Below are positions 52,303 through 62,298 of a stretch of 64,000 bases of DNA, piece by piece. The notes under the pieces were generated by a model that saw only the letters and a program-made list of their open reading frames with translations, did not search any database and had not been told where the DNA came from. Made by a program: the position numbers and the translations under genes. Origin of the DNA: Victivallis vadensis (lineage in GTDB: Bacteria; Verrucomicrobiota; Lentisphaeria; Victivallales; GWF2-50-93); NCBI GenBank assembly GCA_945883805.1, contig CAMCYE010000003.1:25859-89858 (forward strand), in the 5' to 3' direction. The first letter of the stretch is position 1. Every line of letters begins with the position of its first letter.

Positions 52303-53433
52303 ATGACGGACAGGGAAGCATATATAATACTTAACATAATAAGCGGGATCGGTCCGGCAAGAGTCAAATCACTCTGCGAACATTTTGGTTCCGTTTCAGG
52401 CATTCTGCAGGCATCCCCAGGGGAATTAAAGTCCGTCCAGGGGATTGGAATAACCCTAGCGGAGGCTATTTCATCTTGGAAAACCGATTTGGACCATGAA
52501 TCGGAAATGCAACTCGCGGAAAGGGCTGGAGTTCAAATCATCACTCTCGCTGACGATGAATATCCATCCATACTTAAAGAGGTGCACGATGCGCCGCTTT
52601 GCCTTTACGTGAGGGGGCAGATGCCCTCGGACAATGATTTCATGCTGGGAGTGGTGGGATCAAGGAGGATCACAAATTACGGGCGCTCAATGTCCGAACA
52701 CTTGTCAAGGGCGGCGGTGTATGCGGGATGGACTGTTGTTTCCGGACTCGCCTATGGCACCGATGCGGTGGCGCACAGGACGGTGGTTGACGCAGGCGGA
52801 AGGACAATCGCCGTTCTCGGCGGCGGACTCGCCCGGATATTTCCGCAGGATCATATACCTCTTGCGAAAAGCATAATAGACGGCGGGGGCGCGGTGATCA
52901 GCGAGTTCCCCATGGAATTCGCGCCTAACCGGCGGTCCTTCCCAATGCGGAACAGGATTATTTCCGGACTTTCAAAGGGAGTAGTTGTCATCGAAGCTGG
53001 AACAACGAGCGGCGCCCTGATAACTGCAAAATTCGCACTGGATCAGGGACGTCTCATTTTCGCTGTTCCAGGACAGGCGGACAATCCGCAGGCCCGGGGC
53101 TGCAACTCACTCATCAAGCAGGGTGCAAAACTTACCGAAACCTTTGACGACATCATGGAGGAATTTGAATTTCTCCCGGAATTCTCACGCCAGAAAAATT
53201 ATAAAGTGGTTGCCGACCAGGCTGTTACAGACGAAGTTGAAGAACACGGCTTGAAACTTACGGAAGATGAGGGCAGAATAATCGGCCTTTTGAAGAACGG
53301 AGATGCAAGCGCTGACTCACTGGTTGCAGAAACAGGCATGGGCGCCGGAAAACTTCTCTCCCTTTTGATGAAAATGGAAATGAAAAAACTTATTTCGCAA
53401 CTGCCAGGAAAAAGGTTTTCATTGAGGAAATAA
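52303..53433 (+). CDS. dprA: DNA-processing protein DprA (Smf)
   Basis: GVVGSRRITNYG, SGLAYGTDAVAHR, FPMRNRIISGLS and a C-terminal winged-helix tail. The usual dprA-topA adjacency is present. Confidence 0.9.
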   Translation: MTDREAYIILNIISGIGPARVKSLCEHFGSVSGILQASPGELKSVQGIGITLAEAISSWKTDLDHESEMQLAERAGVQIITLADDEYPSILKEVHDAPLCLYVRGQMPSDNDFMLGVVGSRRITNYGRSMSEHLSRAAVYAGWTVVSGLAYGTDAVAHRTVVDAGGRTIAVLGGGLARIFPQDHIPLAKSIIDGGGAVISEFPMEFAPNRRSFPMRNRIISGLSKGVVVIEAGTTSGALITAKFALDQGRLIFAVPGQADNPQARGCNSLIKQGAKLTETFDDIMEEFEFLPEFSRQKNYKVVADQAVTDEVEEHGLKLTEDEGRIIGLLKNGDASADSLVAETGMGAGKLLSLLMKMEMKKLISQLPGKRFSLRK

Positions 53434-53488
53434 ATCCATTGCCAGTCCGGTTCTGCGGCAGAAATCTTTAAATTCTGGAATCTTAATT

Positions 53489-56068
53489 ATGTCTGATGCA
53501 AAAAAAGTCGTTATCGTTGAATCCCCTGCAAAAGCAAGGACTATCGGGCGCATTCTTGGAAACGGGTATCACGTCCTCGCGTCCATGGGGCATGTGCGTG
53601 ATCTTCCCGAACGGACACTCGGGGTTGACATAAAAAATAAATTTACGCCAATCTATCAGGAGACAAAAAAGAAAGTCATACAGGATCTCAAGGCCGTCTC
53701 TCGGGATGCTTCAAACATATATCTCGCATCCGATCCGGACCGTGAGGGTGAAGCTATCGCATGGCATCTCATGGAAGCCCTGAAGAAATCCACCAAGGCT
53801 CCTTTCAGCCGCGTCGTATTCCATGAAATCACGCGCAGCGCCGTCAACAACGCGTTCAAGCATCCTGCGGACATAAACATGAATCTTGTGGACTCGCAGC
53901 AGGCAAGGAGAATCCTTGACCGTCTCGTCGGGTACAAGGTCAGCGAGATACTCTGGTCCAAAATAGAGAGGGGTATAAGCGCAGGACGGGTGCAGTCGGT
54001 GGCCCTCAGGATAGTATGTGAAAAGGAACGGGAGGTTCAGGCATTCAAGCCGCAGGAATATTGGAATCTCACGGTCAACCTTGAAATTGAACCGAAGGGT
54101 AGCGGGAAAAAATACCAGGCGAAACTCTTCCAGATCGACGGGAAAAAAACTGAAATCACGAATGGCGATGAATCCAGCAGAGCCATCGATTCGATCCGGA
54201 ACGCAACTGACTTCAGGATTGCAAACAATGAAATCAAACCGCGCAAAAGATATGCCCCTGCCCCTTTCATAACAAGCACCCTTCAGCAGGCGGCAGGTCC
54301 GGCACTCAGATTTTCAGCAAGTCACACTATGCGGGTAGCGCAACAGCTTTACGAAGGCGTGGATCTCGGCGCATCAGAACCCGCAGGTCTTATAACCTAC
54401 ATGAGGACAGATTCCTTCACCATCGCGAAAGAAGCCCAGGACGCGTGCAGCGCCTATATCGTTTCCAATATAGGGTCCGAATACCTCCCCGACACCCCTA
54501 ACTTCTTCAAAAACGCAGGAAGGGCGCAGGAGGCACATGAAGCTATTCGTCCGACGGACGTTACAAGAACCCCAAAGGAACTGGAGCCATACCTCTCCCC
54601 GGATCAGATAAAACTTTACACACTTATCTGGAAGCGTTTCATAGCAAGCCAGATGAGGCCTGCGGAACAGAAAGTCACAACAGTCGATACCGCCATAGCC
54701 GGTTCCGACGGCAGGAATTTCACTTTCAGGACCACTTCCACAGAAACTGTTTTTGCCGGTTTCCTGAAAATATATGATTTTCTGGACAGGGACAAAGACG
54801 ACAAATCACCCGACGACGGGTCCGAAGAGGACGAGTTCATGCCGACAACTTCCCTTTCCGAACTTGTCAAAGGACAGGAAGTTCTGCTTCTTGATTCAAA
54901 ATCGGAACAAAAGTTTACAGAACCTCCTCCGAGATTTTCAGAATCGATGCTTATCAAAGCCCTTGAGGCGAACGGGATCGGAAGGCCTTCCACGTACGCC
55001 ACAATCGTAAACACCATCCAGCAGAGGAAATATGTCGACAAACTGAAGGGGAAGCTGATTCCGACCGTGCTCGGATTCAAAGTGAACGACTTCCTTGTGG
55101 CAAACCTCGGAAATCTTTTCCAGATAAGCTTCACGGCTGAAATGGAACTCAAGCTCGACAAGATAGAGGAGGGGGAAATCCAGTGGCAGGCAATGCTTGA
55201 GGAGTTCTACAAAAGCTTTTCAGGATGGGTCGGCGAGGCAAAGACGCTTGGCGCCCCCGAAAAGGAGAAAGCGGATAAGGCGATTCATCTGTTTGACACC
55301 GTGCAGAACTGGAAAGCGCCAGAGAAGAAAGCCCGCAGGACCTACGACGACCACAAATTTATCGAATCCATAAAGGGCCAATTCGAGAAAAACGGGGGAA
55401 TATCGGAAAAGCAATGGGGAGCCATCCTGCGCATCGCATTCCAATACAAGGATCAGATTCCGGAATATGATTTAAAAATGACGGCTCTCGGAGTGGATCC
55501 GGCAACAGCAGGTGATCCGCGGGTCAAAGGCGAAACAGTGCCCGACCCTAGAACACAGGCGGAAAAAAACGCCGCAATGGAAGTATTCAAAGAAGCACTT
55601 TCCTCCCTGGCATCGGTAAAAACCGCCGACCCGGAGACTGAACGCAGGCGCGGCGGCAGGAAATTCGACGATAAAAAATTCATCACCTCCATAAAGAATC
55701 AGCTTGAAGACGGCAGAATACTCTCGGAAAAGCAGATTAACGCGGTCAATAAGCTCACAGTGAAATACAAGGAACAGATACCTGATTATGAAAAACTTTC
55801 CGCAAAACTGAACCTAGTTGAAAACGCCTCGGAAACGGGAGCAAAGGGCCTCCCCGCGTCAGCCGCAAACGCCGAAGAGATACAGGGATTGATTGACCAG
55901 CTAGCCGGGATCACCGAATGGGAAACACCCGTAAAAAAAGGCTTCAGGACTTTTGATGACAAATCATTTTACAGCTCTCTTTCAAAACAGTTCGCAACAA
56001 AGAAAAATCTATCCGAAAAACAGATTGTCGCTTTGAAGAAAATTGCCGGAAAATATATAAAACAGTAA
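53489..56068 (+). CDS. topA: DNA topoisomerase I with three C-terminal ~45-aa repeats and no zinc fingers
   Basis: Toprim VIVESPAKARTI and ASDPDREGEAI, plus active-site ITYMRTDS. The C-terminus (nt 55310-56065) has three FDD(K/H)KF...SEKQ...KY repeats and contains no Cys. Confidence 0.95.
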   Translation: MSDAKKVVIVESPAKARTIGRILGNGYHVLASMGHVRDLPERTLGVDIKNKFTPIYQETKKKVIQDLKAVSRDASNIYLASDPDREGEAIAWHLMEALKKSTKAPFSRVVFHEITRSAVNNAFKHPADINMNLVDSQQARRILDRLVGYKVSEILWSKIERGISAGRVQSVALRIVCEKEREVQAFKPQEYWNLTVNLEIEPKGSGKKYQAKLFQIDGKKTEITNGDESSRAIDSIRNATDFRIANNEIKPRKRYAPAPFITSTLQQAAGPALRFSASHTMRVAQQLYEGVDLGASEPAGLITYMRTDSFTIAKEAQDACSAYIVSNIGSEYLPDTPNFFKNAGRAQEAHEAIRPTDVTRTPKELEPYLSPDQIKLYTLIWKRFIASQMRPAEQKVTTVDTAIAGSDGRNFTFRTTSTETVFAGFLKIYDFLDRDKDDKSPDDGSEEDEFMPTTSLSELVKGQEVLLLDSKSEQKFTEPPPRFSESMLIKALEANGIGRPSTYATIVNTIQQRKYVDKLKGKLIPTVLGFKVNDFLVANLGNLFQISFTAEMELKLDKIEEGEIQWQAMLEEFYKSFSGWVGEAKTLGAPEKEKADKAIHLFDTVQNWKAPEKKARRTYDDHKFIESIKGQFEKNGGISEKQWGAILRIAFQYKDQIPEYDLKMTALGVDPATAGDPRVKGETVPDPRTQAEKNAAMEVFKEALSSLASVKTADPETERRRGGRKFDDKKFITSIKNQLEDGRILSEKQINAVNKLTVKYKEQIPDYEKLSAKLNLVENASETGAKGLPASAANAEEIQGLIDQLAGITEWETPVKKGFRTFDDKSFYSSLSKQFATKKNLSEKQIVALKKIAGKYIKQ

Positions 56069-56170
56069 AATAAACGAATTAAATTTGCCTTTTGAAGTTT
56101 CGGCTTTATATTCAACGCTTCTGTTTAAATATCAGCTTGTTGCGAGGTCGGGCAATTCACCGGCAGGGTC

Positions 56171-56971
56171 ATGAAATATGTTGGTTTACCAAAATTTTTC
56201 AATATTTCTGCAAACTTGAACTGGACAGTTTGCATATTACCGATTATCTTTTACGCCCTGTTTTCCACGCTACTTGCTAATGACATAAAAACTGATGCGG
56301 CATCGCTGAAAAACAGCAGTGAAAAAATGAGGAACAGTGTCACTAGTGACGCTGTCAATTTGGCAGAACTGGAAGCAGCCAGAAGAGAAACGGAAATGCT
56401 GCGGAAGGAACTTGCCGATGTTCTTTTAAAAAGTGGAGATGTTTTAAATTCTTATCGGCGGTTGCAGTTGAGCGTTGCTTCTACTGTTGCAAACTCCGAA
56501 AAGAAAAATGTGACCGGGGAGGAACTCAAATCCCTAGAGTCTTTTGAATATGTCCGCCGGGAGATAAAAGTCCTGGTGAATGAAACGGTGGAGCTTTCAC
56601 AGTTCATCGGAGCGGTACTCGAAAAGAAAGACATGACCGAGACCGATAGGATCAGGATGAAGTTCAAGCTGGATGATTTGAAGGCGACAGCCGACAGGCT
56701 CAACGCCCTTACATCCTTGCAGGAGTCAGGAGAGAGAGCTGATAAATGCAGGATTCTGGCCGTCAATGAAAAGCTTCAGATAACGATACTGGATGCGGGA
56801 ACGGCGAATGGAGTAAGCACCGGACTGATATGGCGGGTTACTGCAGGAGACGGAAAGCCTGCGAAACTGAAGGTGGTTGCGGCAAGGCCGTTCATATGTG
56901 CGGCAATGGTTCTCGAAGGAAACTTCGGTTCGCTCGCACCGGGAATGCTGGCGACAATTGGCGACAGGTAA
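56171..56971 (+). CDS. hypothetical coiled-coil protein with small C-terminal beta-rich domain (tentatively MreC-like)
   Basis: N-terminal hydrophobic segment WTVCILPIIFYALFSTLLA, a long heptad-like region, and a C-terminus CRILAVNEKLQITILDAGTANGVSTGLIWRV...KLKVVAARP that resembles the MreC beta-barrel pattern by eye only. Confidence 0.5.
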   Translation: MKYVGLPKFFNISANLNWTVCILPIIFYALFSTLLANDIKTDAASLKNSSEKMRNSVTSDAVNLAELEAARRETEMLRKELADVLLKSGDVLNSYRRLQLSVASTVANSEKKNVTGEELKSLESFEYVRREIKVLVNETVELSQFIGAVLEKKDMTETDRIRMKFKLDDLKATADRLNALTSLQESGERADKCRILAVNEKLQITILDAGTANGVSTGLIWRVTAGDGKPAKLKVVAARPFICAAMVLEGNFGSLAPGMLATIGDR

Positions 56972-57026
56972 ATTTTGTTTTAAATAATTATGTTTAATAA
57001 ATAAACAGGAAAGCCACGATTGTAAA

Positions 57027-57365
57027 ATGGAAATACATGCGATAACAAAATATTCGAGAGTGTCCCCGTCAAAGGGGAACGATGTTGCACACCTTCTGCG
57101 GGGGAAGACCGCTGTAGAGGCGTTAATCATGCTTGATCTTGTTCCAAGGAAGTCCGGCGCAATACTTGCGAAGACACTCCGCTCGGCGATAGCAAACGCC
57201 GAAAACAATCTCAGTCTCAAACGTGAAAGCCTTTTTATAAAAACTGCGACAGTATGCCCTGGACCAATGTTCAAGAGATACCGCGCAAAAGCTAGAGGAA
57301 TGGCTGGACGCATACGCAAACGCACAAGTCACTTTACAATAGTGCTTACTGACGAAAAAGTCTAA
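57027..57365 (+). CDS. rplV: 50S ribosomal protein L22
   Basis: RVSPSKGNDVAHLLRGKTAVEALIML...AKTLRSAIANAENN...PGPMFKRYRAKARGMAGRIRKRTSH. Confidence 0.95.
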   Translation: MEIHAITKYSRVSPSKGNDVAHLLRGKTAVEALIMLDLVPRKSGAILAKTLRSAIANAENNLSLKRESLFIKTATVCPGPMFKRYRAKARGMAGRIRKRTSHFTIVLTDEKV

Positions 57366-57380
57366 GGAAAGGAAGTTAAG

Positions 57381-58070
57381 GTGGGGCAGAAAGTAAATCC
57401 AATAGGATTCAGGGTAACAGTAAATAAGAACTGGGACTCCCGGTGGTTTACCAAAAAAGCCAATTTCGGGAACTGGCTTCATGAAGATCTGAAAATCAGA
57501 GAATTCATCAAAGAGAAATACTACAACGCGGCAATTGCAAGAATCATGATAGAGAGGTCCGCAAATAGAATACGGATCATCATATATACTGCGCGTCCAG
57601 GACTTCTTATCGGGCCGAAAGGCGCAGACTTGGAAAACCTCAGGTCGTCCGTATCGGGGCTTGTCGTTTCAAGGGACATTATAGTGGACGTGAAAGAAAT
57701 TCAGAATGCTGAACTTAACGCCCAGCTTGTTTCTGAAAGCATAGCAGCTCAGCTTGTACGCAGAATAGGTTTCAAGCGGGCTATGAAAAAAGCAATTCAG
57801 ACAGCTATGGATCTCGGCGCGCTCGGCGTCAAGGTGCAGTGCTCCGGCCGACTTGGAGGAGCAGAACTTGCCCGTACTGAACAGTACAAGGAGGGCAAAG
57901 TTCCCCTGCATACGCTTCGCGCAAATATTGACTATGGTTTTGCCGAGGCGAACACTACAGCTGGAAAAATCGGAATTAAAGTTTGGATTTGCCATAAAGA
58001 GGCAGTGGAGGAAATAAATCATGCCGTTGATGCCAAAAAGAGTAAAGCACAGAAAAATACAGCGCGGTAG
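57381..58070 (+). CDS. rpsC: 30S ribosomal protein S3
   Basis: [12 protein letters not shown]...WDSRWF and the KH domain ...[18 protein letters not shown]...[17 protein letters not shown]. Confidence 0.97.
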   Translation: MGQKVNPIGFRVTVNKNWDSRWFTKKANFGNWLHEDLKIREFIKEKYYNAAIARIMIERSANRIRIIIYTARPGLLIGPKGADLENLRSSVSGLVVSRDIIVDVKEIQNAELNAQLVSESIAAQLVRRIGFKRAMKKAIQTAMDLGALGVKVQCSGRLGGAELARTEQYKEGKVPLHTLRANIDYGFAEANTTAGKIGIKVWICHKEAVEEINHAVDAKKSKAQKNTAR

Positions 58071-58437
58071 TATTGCCGGGCTTGCGAAAAAATGCAATAA
58101 GCTTGATTTCGGGGAGTATGGTCTCCAGGCGTTGGATCGCACTTATATCACGAACAACCAGATCGAAGCTGCGCGTGTCGCGATCAACCGTCACCTGAAA
58201 CGCCGCGGAAAAGTCTGGATAAGGATGTTTCCGGACAAGCCGGTCACCTCGAAGCCCCTTGAGACACGTATGGGAAAAGGGAAAGGAAATCCGGAAGGCT
58301 GGGTTGCGAGAATAAAGCCGGGGAGAGTTCTTTTCGAAATCAGCGGATGTGGAGAGACGATTGCGAGGGAAGCACTTTATCTCGCATCGACAAAAATCAG
58401 CATTCGCTGTAAGTTCCTCTCAAGAGCGATTCACTAA
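58021..58437 (+). CDS. rplP: 50S ribosomal protein L16
   Basis: [16 protein letters not shown]...[45 protein letters not shown]. The start lies inside the rpsC 3' end. Confidence 0.95.
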   Translation: MPLMPKRVKHRKIQRGSIAGLAKKCNKLDFGEYGLQALDRTYITNNQIEAARVAINRHLKRRGKVWIRMFPDKPVTSKPLETRMGKGKGNPEGWVARIKPGRVLFEISGCGETIAREALYLASTKISIRCKFLSRAIH

Positions 58438-58469
58438 AATAAACTTATAAACGGAATAACCGACGCATT

Positions 58470-58667
58470 ATGAAAGCCAAAGAAATAAAGCAGATGACGA
58501 AAGAGGAGCTCGAGCACTCGATTGAAGGACTTTTCAGGGAAAGACTCAATCTCCGTGTTCAGGCCAAGACGGGACAGCTTCAGAACAGTGCCAGAATATT
58601 TCATATCAGGCGCGATATCGCCAGGATAAAAACAGAATTAAGAAGCCGGGTATTAGCCGGAAAATAG
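58470..58667 (+). CDS. rpmC: 50S ribosomal protein L29
   Basis: MKAKEIKQMTKEELEHSIEGLFRERLNLRVQAKTGQLQNSARIFHIRRDIARIKTEL. Confidence 0.93.
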   Translation: MKAKEIKQMTKEELEHSIEGLFRERLNLRVQAKTGQLQNSARIFHIRRDIARIKTELRSRVLAGK

Positions 58668-58689
58668 TAAATCCATATAAAACCGAGAA

Positions 58690-58974
58690 GTGAATATGCC
58701 TGAGGAAAAAACAGAGATTAAGCGTGGACAGAGAAAACAGAGGGTTGGAACCGTAGTAAGCGACGCAATGACCAAGACAATAGTTGTCGAAGTCGAAAGG
58801 CGTGCACCCCATCCCCTCTACAAAAAAGTTGTTAAATCCAGAAACCGCTATGTTGCTCATGATGAGAAAGAAGAAGCAAAAACCGGCGATACGGTCAGAA
58901 TCGTTGAGACGAGACCGTTGAGCAGGACGAAAAGATGGCGTTTGTTGGAAATTATCGAAAAAGCAGAAAAATAA
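58690..58974 (+). CDS. rpsQ: 30S ribosomal protein S17
   Basis: [42 protein letters not shown]...[18 protein letters not shown]. Start is GTG 58690 or ATG 58696. Confidence 0.95.
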   Translation: MNMPEEKTEIKRGQRKQRVGTVVSDAMTKTIVVEVERRAPHPLYKKVVKSRNRYVAHDEKEEAKTGDTVRIVETRPLSRTKRWRLLEIIEKAEK

Positions 58975-58995
58975 TTTTTTGGAGAATATCGGCAA

Positions 58996-59358
58996 ATGAT
59001 TCAGATGCAGACAAAATTAGATGTGGCTGATAATTCCGGAGCGAAACGCCTCATGGTTATAACTGTCCTCGGACAGAGAAAACGATACGCTCATCTTGGC
59101 GACATTGTCACGGCCGCAGTCAAAGAGGCCATACCTGACGGTACAGTCAAGAAAGCGGAAGTTGTCAAAGCCGTTATAGTCAGGACTTCCGCCAAAATAC
59201 GCAGGGAAGACGGTTCTTATCTGAGATTCGACCGTAACGCGGCTGTGATAATCGATGATCAGAGCAATCCGCGCGGAACCCGTATCTTCGGACCAGTAGC
59301 CCGTGAGCTTCGCGATAAATACATGAAAATAATTTCTCTTGCGCCGGAGGTGATATGA
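58996..59358 (+). CDS. rplN: 50S ribosomal protein L14
   Basis: [22 protein letters not shown]...[11 protein letters not shown]...[10 protein letters not shown]...[14 protein letters not shown]. Confidence 0.97.
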   Translation: MIQMQTKLDVADNSGAKRLMVITVLGQRKRYAHLGDIVTAAVKEAIPDGTVKKAEVVKAVIVRTSAKIRREDGSYLRFDRNAAVIIDDQSNPRGTRIFGPVARELRDKYMKIISLAPEVI

Positions 59359-59651
59359 TTAAGTTTTCAATTAAAAAAGGTGATGTAGTGGAAGCGATTT
59401 CCGGCAAATGGAAAGGTGAACAGGGCAAGGTTATCGCTGTTCTCATTAAAAAACAGAGAGTCGTGCTTGAGATGACAGGCCTTTCTCCTGAAAAACTTCA
59501 GGAAGTCGGTAGACGTACCGTAAAGAAAACTCCGGAAAATCCGAAGGGCGGACTCATTGAAAGAGCTGTTTCAATACATATTTCCAGTGTAAAGCTCAAA
59601 GTTAAGGGCGAAAAGGAAATCAAAAAAGCCGAAACCAAGAAGGCATCATAA
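59355..59651 (+). CDS. rplX: 50S ribosomal protein L24
   Basis: [24 protein letters not shown] (KOW motif). ATGA overlap with rplN. Confidence 0.93.
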   Translation: MIKFSIKKGDVVEAISGKWKGEQGKVIAVLIKKQRVVLEMTGLSPEKLQEVGRRTVKKTPENPKGGLIERAVSIHISSVKLKVKGEKEIKKAETKKAS

Positions 59652-59663
59652 GGGGTAAATACA

Positions 59664-60200
59664 ATGCCGAATGTGCGTGATACATATAGACAGATAGTTT
59701 CTCCCGCTTTGAAGAAAAAGCGCGGATACAAGAATGACCTTGAAGTTCCAAGACTTCGCAAAATTGTGCTCTCGTCCGGAATCGGAACAAAAATGGAGAA
59801 GGATGCTTTTACAGAAGCCAAGGAACATTTTTCCGTGATTACCGGGCAGCAGTGCGTTGTCAAAAACTCCAAGAAGAATATTGCCAACTTCAAGCTCCGT
59901 AGCGGTATGCCGGTTGGCGTCATGGTCACCCTCAGGGGTCAACGGATGTATGACTTCCTTGACAGGCTCACACATAATGTCCTCCCGCGGGTCAGGGATT
60001 TCAGGGGTATACCGAAAACCGGTTTTGACGGATCAGGGAATTATAATTTCGGATTGAACGACATCACGGTTTTTCCTGAAGTCGACCTCGACAAAGTTAA
60101 GAGACAGCTCGGGCTCAACATTACAATTGTCACATCAGCGAAGACAAATGATGAAGCGTTCGACCTTCTTCAGATGCTTGATATGCCTTTTGCCTTATAA
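59664..60200 (+). CDS. rplE: 50S ribosomal protein L5
   Basis: VPRLRKIVLSSGIG...ITGQQCVVKNSKKNIANFKLRSGMPVGVMVTLRGQRMYDFLDRL...NYNFGLND. Confidence 0.96.
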   Translation: MPNVRDTYRQIVSPALKKKRGYKNDLEVPRLRKIVLSSGIGTKMEKDAFTEAKEHFSVITGQQCVVKNSKKNIANFKLRSGMPVGVMVTLRGQRMYDFLDRLTHNVLPRVRDFRGIPKTGFDGSGNYNFGLNDITVFPEVDLDKVKRQLGLNITIVTSAKTNDEAFDLLQMLDMPFAL

Positions 60201-60227
60201 TTAAAATAAACGGGAGATATTGCGATA

Positions 60228-60413
60228 ATGGCTAAGAAAAGTCAAATAGCAGAAGCTAAGAGAAAACCAAAATTCACTACAAGGGCCTATCACCGCTGTG
60301 GGCGTTGTGGCAGAAGGCGCGCATTCATCGGAAAATTCAAAGTTTGCCGCATATGTTTCAGGGAGCTCGCCTTATCTGGGCAGATTCCCGGTGTAACCAA
60401 GGCCAGCTGGTAA
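60228..60413 (+). CDS. rpsZ: 30S ribosomal protein S14, type Z (zinc-binding, 61 aa)
   Basis: [48 protein letters not shown], with CxxC...CxxC. Confidence 0.95.
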   Translation: MAKKSQIAEAKRKPKFTTRAYHRCGRCGRRRAFIGKFKVCRICFRELALSGQIPGVTKASW

Positions 60414-60426
60414 GGAGAAAAACAAC

Positions 60427-60822
60427 ATGAGTATGCAAGATAATATTTCAGATATGATTTCACGCGTTAAAAATGCGGGAATCGCTTCGATCAAGGAAAT
60501 TTCCATCCCAAACTCCAAGATGAAGGCATCTGTCGCAGCTGTCCTCAAAGAGGAAGGATACATAACCGATTACAGCATTGAGGGAAGCGGAGTTGTAAAA
60601 AACCTTTTAATCAAACTTAAATATCACAATAAGTCACCCGTGATAGATGGGATCAAGCGGGTAAGCAAGCCGTCGTGCAGAATCTATTGCGCCAGCGCAG
60701 ATATTCCGAAAATACGAAACGGGCTCGGAATTGTGATACTTTCCACACCCAGCGGAGTTATCAGCGGGAAAAAGGCCGCCGCCTTGAATGTCGGCGGAGA
60801 AATTCTCTGTTACGTTTGGTAA
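60427..60822 (+). CDS. rpsH: 30S ribosomal protein S8
   Basis: DNISDMISRVKNAG...ILKEEGYI...GIKRVSKPSCRIY...GLGIVILSTPSGV. Confidence 0.96.
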   Translation: MSMQDNISDMISRVKNAGIASIKEISIPNSKMKASVAAVLKEEGYITDYSIEGSGVVKNLLIKLKYHNKSPVIDGIKRVSKPSCRIYCASADIPKIRNGLGIVILSTPSGVISGKKAAALNVGGEILCYVW

Positions 60823-60848
60823 ACAATAATAAATGTGAGGATAATTTA

Positions 60849-61388
60849 ATGTCTCGTATAGGTAAAAAACCATTGCCTCTGCCCCAGGGAGTCAAGGCAT
60901 CCGCTGGAACTGCGGATATAACCGTTGAAGGCTCGAAAGGGAAGCTATCCTTGGCTTTACCGCCAATGACCAGTGTTAAAATTGAAAATGGCATAGTTCA
61001 GGTTTGCAGGGCTGACGACTCGAGAACAGCACGCACAATGCACGGACTCGCCAGAAGCCTTATATCCGGAATGATCATCGGAGTGTCGGAAGGTTATAAG
61101 AAAGACCTTGAAATAGTCGGTGTAGGTTACAAAGCTCTTCTTGCGGGTCAGAAACTGACTCTCAATCTCGGATATTCGCATCCTATCGTATACGATGTGC
61201 CCGAAGGCATAAAGCTCACTGTCACGGACAACAATACGAAGATCAATATCTCCGGTATTGACAAACAGCTTGTGGGTCAGGCCGCCGCAACAATCAGACT
61301 ATTTAAAAAGCCGGAACCCTATAAGGGCAAAGGCATACGCTATGCAAATGAACACATAACAATTAAAGAAGGCAAAACTGTTGCCTGA
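60849..61388 (+). CDS. rplF: 50S ribosomal protein L6
   Basis: MSRIGKKPLPLPQGV...VGVGYKA...LNLGYSHP...PEPYKGKGIRY. The ORF-track start at 60675 overlaps rpsH and is rejected. Confidence 0.96.
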   Translation: MSRIGKKPLPLPQGVKASAGTADITVEGSKGKLSLALPPMTSVKIENGIVQVCRADDSRTARTMHGLARSLISGMIIGVSEGYKKDLEIVGVGYKALLAGQKLTLNLGYSHPIVYDVPEGIKLTVTDNNTKINISGIDKQLVGQAAATIRLFKKPEPYKGKGIRYANEHITIKEGKTVA

Positions 61389-61408
61389 TTTTTCTGGAGA
61401 TTAAAGAG

Positions 61409-61774
61409 ATGTCTACGTATAAAACAAGAAAAGAACAACGCGTCAGGCGGCACAACCGCCTCCGTCAAACCTTGGCTGGAACTGCTCAGAAGCCGCGCCT
61501 TTCAGTCAGTTTCACCTCGAAACACATTTATGCCCAGCTTATTGATGATGATGCAGGGACAACTCTCGCCGCAGTATCATCAATGAGTCCCGAGTTCAAA
61601 AAACTCAATGCAAAAGCGAATCTTGAAGGTGCCAAACAGCTTGGAAAAACCGTTGGGGAAAAAGCTGTCGCCGCCGGGATCAAGACTATTGTTTTTGACA
61701 GGGGCGGATTCAAATATCACGGCAGGGTCAAAGCTCTCGCCGATGCAGCAAGAACCGTCGGATTACAATTTTAA
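61409..61774 (+). CDS. rplR: 50S ribosomal protein L18
   Basis: RRHNRLRQTLAGTAQKPRLSVSFTSKHIYAQLIDD...VFDRGGFKYHGRVKALADAAR. Confidence 0.96.
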   Translation: MSTYKTRKEQRVRRHNRLRQTLAGTAQKPRLSVSFTSKHIYAQLIDDDAGTTLAAVSSMSPEFKKLNAKANLEGAKQLGKTVGEKAVAAGIKTIVFDRGGFKYHGRVKALADAARTVGLQF

Positions 61775-61789
61775 GGAATATAAGAAACT

Positions 61790-62272
61790 ATGGACAACAG
61801 GAAGCAGGATTCATCAGGTTTTGACGAGCGGGTAATAAGTGTCAACCGCTGTTCTAAAGTGGTCAAAGGCGGCAGGAACTTCAGTTTCAGCGCCCTTGTA
61901 GTGGTCGGAGACCGCAAAGGACATGTCGGTGCCGGACTCGGCAAAGCCAATGAAGTGTCGGACGCAATACGCAAGGGTGGCGAGATAGCCAGAAAGAGTC
62001 TTGTCACTGTGCCCATGAACGGATCTACCATCACACATTCCATCGAATCAAAATTCAGAGCGGGCAAAGTAATGATTAAACCGGCTTCAAAAGGAACCGG
62101 TCTTATAGCTGGCGGCGGAATGCGGGCTGTCCTGGAACTTGCCGGGGTCAGCGATATTCTTGCAAAATCAATGGGATCTGCAAATCCGGTAACTGTTGTT
62201 AAGGCAACTATCAAAGCCATCACCATGCTCCGTTCAAGGGAAGAAATCCTCTCAAGAAGAAATTTAATCTAG
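61790..62272 (+). CDS. rpsE: 30S ribosomal protein S5
   Basis: [42 protein letters not shown]...[22 protein letters not shown]. Confidence 0.97.
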   Translation: MDNRKQDSSGFDERVISVNRCSKVVKGGRNFSFSALVVVGDRKGHVGAGLGKANEVSDAIRKGGEIARKSLVTVPMNGSTITHSIESKFRAGKVMIKPASKGTGLIAGGGMRAVLELAGVSDILAKSMGSANPVTVVKATIKAITMLRSREEILSRRNLI

Positions 62273-62298
62273 AATAATAAAAATAGGACTGAAATATA

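Noticed and set aside
60675-60848. ORF-track 5' extensions of genes: rplF from 60675, rpoN from 42527, AraC from 15120, URO-D from 15051, PP2C from 11602, yggU from 25974, glmM from 26577, nadC from 35981 and SDR from 29264.
   Set aside because: The extensions overlap upstream genes or repeat elements. They lack family-like sequence and have internal ATGs with better Shine-Dalgarno spacing that match the conserved N-termini.
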